Source of the DNA: Bacteroidota bacterium
GTDB taxonomy: Bacteria; Bacteroidota; Ignavibacteria; UBA10030; UBA8401
Assembly (NCBI GenBank): GCA_013361065.1
Contig: JABWAK010000002.1
Location: 2,273 to 66,272, forward strand
Direction of reading: 5' to 3'
DNA length: 64,000 nt
Part shown: positions 8,489 through 18,648 of the stretch, piece by piece
Position numbering within the stretch: the stretch's first letter is position 1
Layout of the letters: each line of letters opens with the position of its first letter
Notes under the pieces: model-generated
What the model was told of the DNA's origin: nothing
Database searches by the model: none
Seen by the model: only the letters and a program-made list of their open reading frames with translations
Made by a program: the position numbers and the translations under genes

Positions 8489-10675
8489 TCACTGCGTGTC
8501 CACCGTGCTTTCAATGGCGGACTGGATCGTCGGCGAGACCTTGCCGAGGAAGTCATATCCGGTCGCTGATTCCACGGCATCCACGCTCACGCGGAACGTC
8601 TTCCAGTCCGCGGTGCGGCTGATGAGCGCATCGCTGTTCGGCATGATCACGGCGATCACGCGGGTGGAGGTGCTGACGCGGGAGAGGTCGTTCGTCCCTT
8701 CCGGGATGACAACGACCACTTTCCATGTGTGCGTCGGGATGTTGACGCGTCCTGCATCGACCGTTCCCTGCGAACCATAGCCGCCGGAGTAGATATAGAG
8801 TTCGTTCCCGGCGGTGACGAGCGTGCGCAGATAGTTCTCCATGTTCGCCCAGGGACCCTGGTTGTTGTTCGGTGCCTGCGGGACCATGTTCGTCATGAGG
8901 AAGGTCGAGGAATTATCCGCCACGGTCGCCGTGCGGTCCGCCGAGGGACACATATGGCCGCGGTCATAACCGCTGCCGCTGTAGCTGGTGGAGCCGACCT
9001 GATACCAGCCGGACGGAAGCGTCGCATCGGCGCGGAAGTCATCCTGCCGTGCGGTGCTGCCGATCCAGGAGGCGTTCAGATGCCAGGCGACCCAGTTGGC
9101 GGTCCCTTTATCGCGGTGGTACGACAGCACATACTGCGCTTTTTCCATCAGGTAATTGGTGGTCAGGTTCACATCGCTTGCGGCATTGCTCGGATTGCCG
9201 AGGATGGTATGGACGCTCGTGGAAGTGGTGGTATCCGTTCCGCCGCCTCCCCCGCCGCCGTACGTGGTCAGGTTCGCGGTCACCGTATAGGCGGTCGTGG
9301 TGCTGGAGCCGGACACGGAGACGACCTGGGCATAATAGGTCTCATTCGTAGTGGAATTATAGGAGATGCTCTCCGAAACACCCGCACCGTTCGCCGAGCT
9401 GGCCACGGTGACACCGGCAGCGTTGAGCAGCTGCAGGTCATAGTTCACACCGGCCGGCACGGTGAGACCGAGCGCGATGGTCTGTGTGGAGGTTGCCGAC
9501 AGCGAGAAGACATCGACATCGGTGGTGGCGCTGATCAATCCCGTGTGCGTTGCCGGCATGGTGCCGAAGGCATTGGCCGTTCCGGTCGTATTGTTCGGTT
9601 CGGTTTCAGAGACAGTGGGGGTCACGGCGAAATCCGAGACATTGATCTCGTCGAAGTTCAGCCGGACGGAATTCGAACCGGTCGTCTTGCGGATCTCCAG
9701 CCGCACGGTGCCGGCCACATTCGGAGTGAAGGTCGCCGTGCTCAATGTCGTGGAGGTCGTGGTGATGGTGGAACCGGTCTGCGTCCAGCTGGTGCCGCTG
9801 TTGGTGGAATACCAGAGCTGCCAGGAGCTGTTGGCATCCGTGCCGTATTTTGCATGCTGGATGGTCACGGTACCGATACCGTTCGTCCGGTTGAATTTCA
9901 TCGTCAGCTTGCCAGTGTTCTGGATGCGGGCGCTCTTGGTGCCGACCTTACGGTCGCTGGTGGAGGTGCCGATCATCGCATTCGTGAAGGTCCAGACCCC
10001 GGACTGCAGCGTGACATCACCGGTGGTGTACGACGTTTTCGTGCCGCTCTCGAACGATTCCCACGCGGTGCTTCCGCCGCCGCTGCCGGCGTAATCATTG
10101 ATGACGAAGTCATCGAAGTTCACGCGGTTCGTGGTGCCGTCCGTTTTGCGGATCTCGAAGCGGATCGTTCCGGTGATGTTCACGGTGAACGAAGCGGTCG
10201 CAAGGGTCGTGGAGGATGTTGTGATCGTTGCACCGGTCTGCGTCCACGTGCTGCCGCTGTTGGTGGAGTACCACAGCTGCCAGGTGGTGTTCGCATCGGT
10301 ACCGTATTTGGCATGCTTCACGGTGACCACACCGGCGCCGTCCGTCCGGTTGAACTTCATCGTCAGCTTCCCGCTGTTGCGGGTACGGATACTTTTCGTG
10401 CCGACCATCGGGTCGCTTGCAGAGGTGCCGACGAGTGCTTCATCCAGCGTCCACACACCGGATCCGAACGTCACATCACCGACCGCATACGATGTTTTCG
10501 TTCCCGCTTCGAATCCTTCGTTGACGGTCACAGCCTGCATCATCTGGCTGACGGATTCGGTGGGGGATTTTTGGACGGCGGAGGGTGGATCGACGGGGGT
10601 TTGCTGACATGCTGGAACGACGAGCAGGAGGAGGGCGGCGAGTACGACCGCCGTGGCGCGCTGGAGAAACTTCAT
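8489..10675 (-). CDS. Multidomain lipoprotein: two repeated ~145-aa beta-rich domains, a PPC-like domain and a NucA-type DNA/RNA non-specific endonuclease
   Basis: Lipobox VPAC. Repeats begin EGFEAGTKTSY and ESFESGTKTSY. ETEPNN..DVDVF..NYDLQL is PPC-like. The catalytic domain has NWVAWHL, RQDDFRAD, GYDRGHMCPS and TFLMTNMVPQ..NNQGPW..E. Confidence 0.9.
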   Translation of the reverse strand: MKFLQRATAVVLAALLLLVVPACQQTPVDPPSAVQKSPTESVSQMMQAVTVNEGFEAGTKTSYAVGDVTFGSGVWTLDEALVGTSASDPMVGTKSIRTRNSGKLTMKFNRTDGAGVVTVKHAKYGTDANTTWQLWYSTNSGSTWTQTGATITTSSTTLATASFTVNITGTIRFEIRKTDGTTNRVNFDDFVINDYAGSGGGSTAWESFESGTKTSYTTGDVTLQSGVWTFTNAMIGTSTSDRKVGTKSARIQNTGKLTMKFNRTNGIGTVTIQHAKYGTDANSSWQLWYSTNSGTSWTQTGSTITTTSTTLSTATFTPNVAGTVRLEIRKTTGSNSVRLNFDEINVSDFAVTPTVSETEPNNTTGTANAFGTMPATHTGLISATTDVDVFSLSATSTQTIALGLTVPAGVNYDLQLLNAAGVTVASSANGAGVSESISYNSTTNETYYAQVVSVSGSSTTTAYTVTANLTTYGGGGGGGTDTTTSTSVHTILGNPSNAASDVNLTTNYLMEKAQYVLSYHRDKGTANWVAWHLNASWIGSTARQDDFRADATLPSGWYQVGSTSYSGSGYDRGHMCPSADRTATVADNSSTFLMTNMVPQAPNNNQGPWANMENYLRTLVTAGNELYIYSGGYGSQGTVDAGRVNIPTHTWKVVVVIPEGTNDLSRVSTSTRVIAVIMPNSDALISRTADWKTFRVSVDAVESATGYDFLGKVSPTIQSAIESTVDTQ

Positions 10676-10795
10676 GGGGTCCTCATAGTGGTTGATAGAG
10701 TGGTTGAAGTCGCACGCGCAAATATAGACAAATCAATGTCTTTTGTAAAGTGTGCCGGCGTTATTTCATCGTGAATTCTGAGATTGTGAGAAATG

Positions 10796-11611
10796 TCACT
10801 CCGCATCCGTTCTTCGTTCGATAGCGGTCTGAACAGAGTGCGGGAGCCGGGAGAAGAGATCGAACCCGGTGAGCGCTTCCACGGAATCGATGGTCACGCG
10901 GAAGCTCCGCCAGTCATCGTTCTTCCCGATGAGTGCATTGCTGTTCGGCATCACCACGGCGATGGTGCGGGCGGCATCGGTGACCCGACGGAGGTCATCC
11001 TCGCCGGCATCCAGGACCAGGACCGCCTTCCACGTCCGAAGCGGTATCTGCACCCGTCCTGAATCGAGGAATCCCTGTTCCCCGTTCCCGCCGCAATAGA
11101 TGTACAGCTCCTTCCCCTGCTGCACCAGTTCCCGGCAATAGATCTCCAGCTGCGCCCACGGTCCCTGGTTGTTGTTCGGCGCCTGCGGGATCATATTCGT
11201 CATCAGGAAGGTCATGGAATTGTCGTACTGTGTATTGGTCCTGTCCCCGGACGGGCACATATGTCCCCGGTCGTACCCGCTCCGCCGGTAGCTTGCCTCA
11301 TGCACGCGGTACCACTGCTCCGGCAGCGTACTGTCCGCCCGGAAATCGTTGCTCCTCCGCACTTCGCCGAGCCAGCTGCTGTCCGTATGCCACGCTACCC
11401 AGTTGGGGATGCCGGTCATGCGGTCATAGGAGAGCGCGAACTGCTCCTTCATCATCAGATATTTGCGCTGAGCAGCAGCCGACGGTTCCGCCCCGTCCGG
11501 ATTCCCCATCAGCAGATGAACGGCGGACCGGCTGCCGGTGTTCTGAGCAGAAAGAACGGCGGCAAGGCAGAGCGCGGCGAACAATCGGAGGATCATTTTC
11601 GTCTTATCCAT
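10796..11611 (-). CDS. Secreted single-domain NucA-type DNA/RNA non-specific endonuclease
   Basis: Signal peptide, NWVAWH, RSNDFRAD, GYDRGHMCPS and TFLMTNMIPQAPNNNQGPW. It is a paralog of the downstream nuclease domain. Start taken at ATG 11611. Confidence 0.9.
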   Translation of the reverse strand: MDKTKMILRLFAALCLAAVLSAQNTGSRSAVHLLMGNPDGAEPSAAAQRKYLMMKEQFALSYDRMTGIPNWVAWHTDSSWLGEVRRSNDFRADSTLPEQWYRVHEASYRRSGYDRGHMCPSGDRTNTQYDNSMTFLMTNMIPQAPNNNQGPWAQLEIYCRELVQQGKELYIYCGGNGEQGFLDSGRVQIPLRTWKAVLVLDAGEDDLRRVTDAARTIAVVMPNSNALIGKNDDWRSFRVTIDSVEALTGFDLFSRLPHSVQTAIERRTDAE

Positions 11612-11728
11612 GACAGGATGATACGGAAAATTCCCCATGAATGGGAGCCTGCACGCCCTTCCGGCCGTATTGTAACTCCCTGCACATTTATTTATCTTGT
11701 CTCTATAATAGAAAGGAATCGAAGCAGT

Positions 11729-13453
11729 ATGAGGATGCGTTGGACGGCGGTCTGTGCCGCAGTGTTGATGGTATTCATTGCCGGATGCTCTTCCGGCGGC
11801 GGGACGGCAGCGGTGACCACCGAAGCACCGGCACCGAAACAGCGGGCGGTCACCGAACAGGACCGGTCGGCGGCGATGCAGCTGTTCATTGACGGCTCAC
11901 TGAAGGAAAGCAAAGGGGAGTTCGCCGAGGCGATCCTGGACTACCAGGATGCACTCCGGTACGACCATGACCCGGCGATCTTCTTCGCCCTGGCGAAATG
12001 TTATCACCAGCTCCGCCGGTATGCAGCGGCATCGGAATATGCGGCGCTGGCGGTACAGCATGAACCGAACAGAGTGGAGTACCGTGAGGTGCTCGCACAG
12101 ACCTATATCAATGCGGGGAAGCTGGACAAGGCCGCGGCGGAATTCCGCATGATCCTGATGCTGGACCCGAAGAATGTCAATGCCGCCTTCACCCTGGCCA
12201 AGATCATGGAACGGGCGCACCCGGCCGAAGCGCTGGAACTCTACAACGGCATCGTGGCGCGGCAGGGACCGTCGTGGGAGGTTCTGCTGCAGATCGCCCA
12301 GCTCAACAGCGCCCTGCAGCGGCACGACAAGGCAGCCGAAGCACTGGAACAGATGCTCCAGCTCGATCCCTCCAACCTTGCACTGAAGCAGAATTTGGCA
12401 GAGACCTATATCCGCCTGAAACGGTTCGAACAGGCGCGGACCATGCTTACGGAGGTACTGGAGCAGAATCCGGACAATGTGATGCTCCGTTCCACCCTGG
12501 CGGATGTCTACCTGCAGCAGAACGACTGGACCTCCGCGCGGAAGGAACTGACGACGATCCTCGCTTCCGATTCGCTCGATCCGGACACCCATCTGCGGAT
12601 CGGCATGGCATACTACGCGCAGACCATCAAGGACACGCTCCTCATCCCGGAGGCGATCGGGGTCTTCCGGCAGTACGAGAAGAACTATCCGACCGACACG
12701 CGTCCCTTCGTCTTCCTCGGCGTGCTGCACCGCGGCATCCGCAAGGATTCCATCGCGGAGACCTACTTCACGCGCGCCACGCAGGCGGCCAACTGGAACG
12801 GCGATGCCTGGTGGCAACTGGGATGGATGTACTTCGACAAACAGGATTACCGTGAGACCATCTCGATCATGACCAAGGCGAAGCAGTACGTGCCGGATGA
12901 CTTCCGCATCTTCCTGCTGCTCGGCATCGCACACAACCGCGCCGGTCAGCAACAGGATTCACGCGTGGCTCTGGAACGTGCAGCGGAACTGAACCCGACC
13001 GATCTGAACGTGCTCTCCTCGCTCGGGCTGACGTACGATGCGCTGAAGATGCATGCGGAGTCCGATTCCACCTACGAACGTGCGCTCCGTATCGATCCGG
13101 ACTATCCGCTCGTGCTGAACAACTATGCATACAGCCTCTCCGAACGTGGCATCCAGCTGTCGCGCGCCGCAACGATGTCCAAAGCATCCCTTGCCGCCGA
13201 CTCCACCAACAGTTCCTATCTGGATACCTACGGATGGATCCTCTATCAACAGGGGAAGTATGATGAAGCGCTCGTCTACATCCGCCGTGCGGTGGAGCTC
13301 GGTGATGCGAGCGCCGTGGTGCTGGAACATCTGGGCGATGTGTACTATCGGGTGGGCGACCGTACCAGAGCGGAGGAGTACTGGAAGAAGGCGCTGGAGA
13401 AGGATGCAAAGAACGCCGCATTGAAGGAGAAGATCGCGCGGGGCTCGCTGTGA
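11729..13453 (+). CDS. Tetratricopeptide-repeat lipoprotein
   Basis: Lipobox IAGC, many TPRs, and a C-terminal LNNYAYSL...YLDTYGWILY...EHLGDVY block. Start moved to ATG 11729 behind GAAAGGA. Confidence 0.9.
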   Translation: MRMRWTAVCAAVLMVFIAGCSSGGGTAAVTTEAPAPKQRAVTEQDRSAAMQLFIDGSLKESKGEFAEAILDYQDALRYDHDPAIFFALAKCYHQLRRYAAASEYAALAVQHEPNRVEYREVLAQTYINAGKLDKAAAEFRMILMLDPKNVNAAFTLAKIMERAHPAEALELYNGIVARQGPSWEVLLQIAQLNSALQRHDKAAEALEQMLQLDPSNLALKQNLAETYIRLKRFEQARTMLTEVLEQNPDNVMLRSTLADVYLQQNDWTSARKELTTILASDSLDPDTHLRIGMAYYAQTIKDTLLIPEAIGVFRQYEKNYPTDTRPFVFLGVLHRGIRKDSIAETYFTRATQAANWNGDAWWQLGWMYFDKQDYRETISIMTKAKQYVPDDFRIFLLLGIAHNRAGQQQDSRVALERAAELNPTDLNVLSSLGLTYDALKMHAESDSTYERALRIDPDYPLVLNNYAYSLSERGIQLSRAATMSKASLAADSTNSSYLDTYGWILYQQGKYDEALVYIRRAVELGDASAVVLEHLGDVYYRVGDRTRAEEYWKKALEKDAKNAALKEKIARGSL

Positions 13454-14223
13454 GCCGTCATGTCGTGCTGTCCCTGTTCCTCCTGGCGCTGACCGCTGCC
13501 GGCTGCTCCTCCGTGCCCGAAGCAACCGTTCCTGAAGCGGTCCCGGCCGATGCGGTGCTTGCCCGGCTGGAGACGATCCGTCTTCCGGATGCCTTCTCCG
13601 CCGAAGGCACCATCACCGTCACTGCGCCGACCATGGACCAATCCGCCGGTTTCGAGATGATCGCGCGCGGGGATGATTCAGTGAAGATGAGCATCTACGG
13701 TCCGTTCGGCATCACGGTCGGCACGGCTTTGTTCACACGGGATACCTTCGCCGCTTATAATGCACTGAACAACACCGTCTACCGCGGTTCACCGGAGCGC
13801 CAGCTCCGTTCCCTGCCGTTCATCAACACCATCCCGTTCGAGTTCTTCATGGGCACGCTCCAGGGGGTCCATCTTCCGTCCCGCATCCGGCCGTACGGCG
13901 CCGTACGGCCGGATGCGGACGGCCGCGTCTCCTTCGCAGCGGTCAATGCGGACAGCAGTGTCGATTCGCTCCGGTTCGACGGCTCGTTCGGCAGGATCAT
14001 CTCCTGCACCCGCTGGTCCGCCGGTTCGGTGCAGCAATGGAGCATCCAGTACCGGTACACACGGAACGATGCCGGCGCGGTCATACCGCAGCAGGTCGAG
14101 CTGTTCGTGCCGCTGCGGCAGACGACACTCACCATCGACTATGACGCCGTTGCGGACAATGCCGAGGCGGCGCAGTTCACCCTTCCTGTCCCGGATGATG
14201 CGGAGACCGTCACCGTCCAATGA
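13450..14223 (+). CDS. DUF4292-like lipoprotein (LolA/LolB-type fold inferred)
   Basis: Lipobox AAGC and DSVKMSIYGPFGITVG. It occupies the conserved position between the TPR and EnvC genes with 4-bp overlaps. Confidence 0.7.
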   Translation: MSRHVVLSLFLLALTAAGCSSVPEATVPEAVPADAVLARLETIRLPDAFSAEGTITVTAPTMDQSAGFEMIARGDDSVKMSIYGPFGITVGTALFTRDTFAAYNALNNTVYRGSPERQLRSLPFINTIPFEFFMGTLQGVHLPSRIRPYGAVRPDADGRVSFAAVNADSSVDSLRFDGSFGRIISCTRWSAGSVQQWSIQYRYTRNDAGAVIPQQVELFVPLRQTTLTIDYDAVADNAEAAQFTLPVPDDAETVTVQ

Positions 14224-15596
14224 GGACCTCCCTGCCATATCTCCTGGCCGCACTGCTGTTCGTTCTGCCGCTCACGGCGAACCAGACCGACATCAAGCGC
14301 AAGGACCAGCAGCTGAAACGGCTCCGGGCCGAGATCCAGCGCTATGAGCAGCAGATCGAGGAGAGCGAGAAGAAGGAGAAGGCAACACTCGGCCGTCTGG
14401 ATATCATTGAGAAGAAAGCGAACCTCGTCCGTTCCCTGCTGGACGGGCTTCGCGAGGAGGAGCAGATGCTCCGCACCTCCATCGACAATTCCCGCGAGAC
14501 GGTCACCCAGCTGGAGAAGCAGCTCGCCTTCCTGAAGAACCACTACGCCAATTACGTCTCCTCCGTCTACAAGTACGGCAAGGTGTACGACCTGGAGACC
14601 ATCCTCTCCTCCAACTCCATCAACCAGCTCTACATCCGCATCGAGTACCTGAAGCGGTTCTCCGAACAGCGGAAGAAGGACCTGGAGAAGATCGTCACGA
14701 AGAAGGGACAGATCGAGATCGAGCACAGTACGCTGCAGGAGAAACTCTCCATGGAGCAGCAGCTGATCTCCGAGAAGATCCGCGAGGAGAATGCGCTCAA
14801 CAAGACGAAGGAACGGCGGCGCAACGCGCTGAAGGAGATCCGCGAGGACAAGACCCAGCTGCAGGAGGTACTCACACGGAAGATCACCGCGGCGAAGCAG
14901 CTGGAGAACCTCGTGGCCGAGCTGATCGAACAGGAGCGCATCCGCAAGGAGAAGGCGGAACGGGAGGAGCGGGAACGGAAGGAGCGGATCGCGAAGGAAC
15001 GCGCCGCACAACGCGAACGGGAACGGCTCGCCCGCATCGAACGGGAGAAGGAACTGGCGGAACTGAAACGGAAGAACGACATGGCCAAAGCACGGGCAAA
15101 GGAACGCGAGATCGCCGAGGCGAACCAGCGCGCGCTGCTGCGCGAGAAGGAGTACGAGATCGAAGCGGCCCGCGTGGAACTGGTGATGCGTCCGCTGCAC
15201 GAACGGAAAGGGAAACTGCTCTGGCCGGTCTCCGGCGGACGGATCGTTGCGGAGTTCGGCAACCAGGTGCATCCGGTGATGAAGACCATCACCACCAACA
15301 CCGGCATCGATATCGCAACGAAAGAGAACACCCCGGTGAAGTGTGTGGCGGACGGCGAGGTGGCGCTCATCCACTGGCTCCCCTCCTACGGGAACCTGAT
15401 CATCGTCAATCACAGCCACGGGTACCGCACGGTCTATGCCCATCTCTCCGAGATCTCGGTCATCACCGGCCAGCAGATCAAGGAAGGGACCGTCATCGCA
15501 AAGAGCGGCGAATCGGTCTCCGGCAACCTGCTCCATTTCGAGGTCTGGAAAGAGAAGGACAAGCAGAATCCCCGCGAATGGCTCGCCCGGAGGTGA
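14220..15596 (+). CDS. EnvC-like murein hydrolase activator (coiled coil plus degenerate M23 domain)
   Basis: Long coiled coil, then KGKLLWPVSG, NTGIDI (Asn in place of the HxxxD His), YGNLIIVNH, TVYAHL and LHFEVW. Confidence 0.88.
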   Translation: MRTSLPYLLAALLFVLPLTANQTDIKRKDQQLKRLRAEIQRYEQQIEESEKKEKATLGRLDIIEKKANLVRSLLDGLREEEQMLRTSIDNSRETVTQLEKQLAFLKNHYANYVSSVYKYGKVYDLETILSSNSINQLYIRIEYLKRFSEQRKKDLEKIVTKKGQIEIEHSTLQEKLSMEQQLISEKIREENALNKTKERRRNALKEIREDKTQLQEVLTRKITAAKQLENLVAELIEQERIRKEKAEREERERKERIAKERAAQRERERLARIEREKELAELKRKNDMAKARAKEREIAEANQRALLREKEYEIEAARVELVMRPLHERKGKLLWPVSGGRIVAEFGNQVHPVMKTITTNTGIDIATKENTPVKCVADGEVALIHWLPSYGNLIIVNHSHGYRTVYAHLSEISVITGQQIKEGTVIAKSGESVSGNLLHFEVWKEKDKQNPREWLARR

Positions 15597-15718
15597 CCCG
15601 CCCTCCGGCTGAATCCATGCGGGAATAAGGATTTTTTCAATTACATTACGGCAACAGCACGGTCCCAACAGCACACCGGACCACCATCGTACGCACAGCG
15701 TCAGCAAAGGAACCATCC

Positions 15719-16735
15719 GTGGCAAAACGAATCGAAAAGAGCGAGACCCCGAAGACTAAACGCAGTGATGTGGAGGCGGTCCGCGAACTGAACGAATCCT
15801 ATCAGGCGATGCGCGCCGAGATCGGCAAGGTGATCATCGGTCAGGATGTGATCATCGAACAGCTCTTCATCTCCCTCCTCTCCCGCGGACATTGCCTGCT
15901 GGTCGGGGTGCCGGGACTGGCCAAGACGCTGCTCATCAAAACGCTGGCCGATGTGCTGGACCTGAAGTTCAACCGGATCCAGTTCACGCCGGACCTGATG
16001 CCGAGCGACATCACCGGTACCGAGATCATCGAAGAGGACAAGAAGAGCGGCGGCAAGGTGTTCAAGTTCGTGGAAGGACCGGTCTTCTCCAACATCGTAC
16101 TGGCGGATGAGATCAACCGCACCCCGCCCAAGACGCAGGCAGCGCTGCTCGAGTCGATGCAGGAGCACAAAGTGACCGCCGCCGGCAAGACCTACACGCT
16201 CGCCGAACCGTTCTTCGTCCTGGCCACCCAGAACCCGATCGAACAGGAAGGGACCTATCCGCTGCCGGAAGCGCAGCTGGACCGGTTCATGTTCAACCTC
16301 TGGCTGGAGTATCCGTCGTTCGAGGAGGAGAAACAGATCGTGAAGGCGACGACCAGTCAGTACTCGCCGAAACTGAAGCATGTGCTGGATGCCGATGCTA
16401 TCATCGACTTCCAGGAACTCGTCCGCCGGGTGCCGGTGGCGGACAATGTGATCGAGTATGCCGTGAGTCTCGTGGCGAAGACCCGTCCGAAGGATGCGCG
16501 CTCGCCGCAGGCGGTGAAGGACTGGCTCACCTGGGGTGCCGGTCCGCGTGCCTCGCAGTACCTGATCCTCGGCGCGAAGTGCCGCTCCATCCTGCACGGC
16601 AAGTACACACCGGACATCGACGATGTGCGCGCCGTGGCCGTACCGGTGCTGCGCCACCGCATCATCCCCAATTTCAACGCGGAAGCGGACGGTATCACCG
16701 CGGTACAGGTGATCGAGTCAATAGTCAAAATATAA
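15719..16735 (+). CDS. moxR: MoxR-family AAA+ ATPase
   Basis: GVPGLAKT (Walker A), RIQFTPDLMPSDITG, LADEINRTPPKTQAALLE and ATQNPIEQEGTYPLPEAQLDRF. Confidence 0.95.
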   Translation: MAKRIEKSETPKTKRSDVEAVRELNESYQAMRAEIGKVIIGQDVIIEQLFISLLSRGHCLLVGVPGLAKTLLIKTLADVLDLKFNRIQFTPDLMPSDITGTEIIEEDKKSGGKVFKFVEGPVFSNIVLADEINRTPPKTQAALLESMQEHKVTAAGKTYTLAEPFFVLATQNPIEQEGTYPLPEAQLDRFMFNLWLEYPSFEEEKQIVKATTSQYSPKLKHVLDADAIIDFQELVRRVPVADNVIEYAVSLVAKTRPKDARSPQAVKDWLTWGAGPRASQYLILGAKCRSILHGKYTPDIDDVRAVAVPVLRHRIIPNFNAEADGITAVQVIESIVKI

Positions 16736-16797
16736 TCGGTTTAGACTTTTTCATTATAACTTCGTTAATGTTTCTGCAATAACACTCTCGAATCAAT

Positions 16798-17715
16798 ATG
16801 ACCTTAACAGATAAAATAAAATACAAGACAACATTTAAGCAGGCGCTTGATAACCTTGCCAACACACTTGTGAGTCACGTTTCGACAAGTGAAGGTGATT
16901 GGTCTATTAAGGGTTTTATTGATGTATACAAAAATATATATACGATTTCCTCTGACACTAAAATCATCTCAAAAATATTGGAGATTCATCTTTTCCCTCA
17001 AATAATTGAATTCGCTAAGAGCATCGATTATAAAATTGTCCTCGCTGAAAAGCAAAACTGGTATCCAGATCTAACATTTATCAACAATCATGATAACACG
17101 GTAAAATTTGCGGTAGATATTAAAACAACTTTCAGGCGGAAGAACAAAATAGCCGGATTTACACTCGGAAGTCATGGAGCTTATTTCAAAGAACGCGATA
17201 AAGACAAAAACATTCAGTTTCCATATAACCAGTATTCTGGTCATTTTTGTTTAGCGGTAATTTACACAAGAACTGACATTCATGGAGATATTCCTGAAGC
17301 GGATATTCTTCAAGTTCATGATTTACAAGAATCTTACGAACCTAATAGAAATACTGTAGGGACAAGGAAAATAACAAACGTAAAAAATTTAAAATCCATT
17401 ACATCTGTGATAAAAGATTTTGATATTTTTGCGGCGGAAAAATGGAAAATCGCTAGCGACAAACAAGGGTCGGGAAATACCGCAAATATTGGCTCAATAA
17501 TAGAAATCAACGATTTAAAGAATGAAAATGGCATTTTTAGCAAATTAGGTGAAGAGTGGTTTGATGAGTATTGGATAAATCACGGTTCTGCTAGAATGAT
17601 AAAGAAAGGAAAGTCAGTAAAAATTACTAATCTTAGAGATTATTTAATTTTTAAAGGAAAAGAAGACCTTTGGGAAAAAGTGGTTGGTAAAAAAAAGAAA
17701 GAAAAAGATAAATGA
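16798..17715 (+). CDS. Type II restriction endonuclease, EcoRV family
   Basis: SDTKIISKILE, QNWYPD...AVDIKTT (PD-DxK), FTLG, KNIQFPYNQY and KWKIASDKQGSGNTANIGS (the EcoRV recognition loop is GSGNTTNIGS). AT-rich. Confidence 0.9.
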   Translation: MTLTDKIKYKTTFKQALDNLANTLVSHVSTSEGDWSIKGFIDVYKNIYTISSDTKIISKILEIHLFPQIIEFAKSIDYKIVLAEKQNWYPDLTFINNHDNTVKFAVDIKTTFRRKNKIAGFTLGSHGAYFKERDKDKNIQFPYNQYSGHFCLAVIYTRTDIHGDIPEADILQVHDLQESYEPNRNTVGTRKITNVKNLKSITSVIKDFDIFAAEKWKIASDKQGSGNTANIGSIIEINDLKNENGIFSKLGEEWFDEYWINHGSARMIKKGKSVKITNLRDYLIFKGKEDLWEKVVGKKKKEKDK

Positions 17716-18638
17716 AAGTTGTGGTGCCCCCTATAAAAAGCCAAGGTATTAAAACCAAATTAGTGCCGTGGATCAAAGAAATTGCTCCAAAGGTGACCGG
17801 GCGATGGATAGAACCATTCCTTGGCACTGGTGTGGTAGCATTCAACTCTGGATATAAATCAGCTATTCTTAATGATACCAACCCACATATTATTAATTTT
17901 TACAAAGGTGTGCAGGCCGGGGTTATTACGGCGCCTCTAATGAAAAAATATTTAGAGCGTGAGGGCGAATTATTGAGTAGGGCTGATAATAATGGATATG
18001 AACATTATCTATCGGTGAGGAAGAGATTTAATTCTGGAGAGTACTCTCCTTATGATTTCATTTTTCTTTCCCGTGCTGGTTTTAATGGAATGATGCGATT
18101 TGGTAGTAAGGGAAATTGGAATATTCCGTTTTGTAAAAAGCCTGATCGGTTCGCCCAAGCTTATATAACCAAAATTACCAACCAGTTGTCTTCTGTCGCT
18201 CAAATAATTCAACCCGAACCACTTTGGAGTTTTCACAATAAAAATTTCACAGAAATCATTCCATTGGCTAAAGAACAAGATATAATTTATTGTGACCCTC
18301 CCTATTTTGGGAGACATGTCGACTATTATAACGGTTGGTCAGAGAAAGACGAAGAAACATTGTATTCACTTTTACATGAAACCAAGGCCAAATTTATTCT
18401 TTCTACATGGCATCATAATGAGTGGCGAGAAAATGATATGATAGCTAGATATTGGAATAAGTTTAATATTATTACAAAGGATCATTTTTATCACAATGGT
18501 GGAAGTATTGAGAATCGCAGAACCGTTGTGGAGGCTTTGGTGTGTAATTTTGACGTGAATAAATTTGAGACACATAATCATGGAGTTCAAAGCAAAGTAA
18601 AAGTTGAACAACTTGCTATATTTACAGAGTCTGTATAG
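17712..18638 (+). CDS. Dam-family N6-adenine DNA methyltransferase, M.EcoRV-like
   Basis: VPPIKSQGIKTKLVP, EPFLGTGVV, FNGMMRF, PFCKKPDRFAQAYITKI, YCDPPY.GRHVDY and STWHHN. ATGA overlap with the REase gene. Confidence 0.93.
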   Translation: MKVVVPPIKSQGIKTKLVPWIKEIAPKVTGRWIEPFLGTGVVAFNSGYKSAILNDTNPHIINFYKGVQAGVITAPLMKKYLEREGELLSRADNNGYEHYLSVRKRFNSGEYSPYDFIFLSRAGFNGMMRFGSKGNWNIPFCKKPDRFAQAYITKITNQLSSVAQIIQPEPLWSFHNKNFTEIIPLAKEQDIIYCDPPYFGRHVDYYNGWSEKDEETLYSLLHETKAKFILSTWHHNEWRENDMIARYWNKFNIITKDHFYHNGGSIENRRTVVEALVCNFDVNKFETHNHGVQSKVKVEQLAIFTESV

Positions 18639-18648
18639 CAAGATTACC

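Noticed and set aside
8729..10774. 681-aa plus-strand ORF and similar long antisense ORFs (1318-2412, 14139-15725, 18748-20433, 25189-26835, 38798-40039)
   Set aside because: These are shadow frames of well-supported genes in GC-rich DNA, with no recognisable motifs.
11261..11728. N-terminal extensions in the ORF track (also 29501-30025, 44422-44919 and 53527-54102)
   Set aside because: They overlap other real genes. Signal peptides, SD sites or family N-termini mark the downstream starts.
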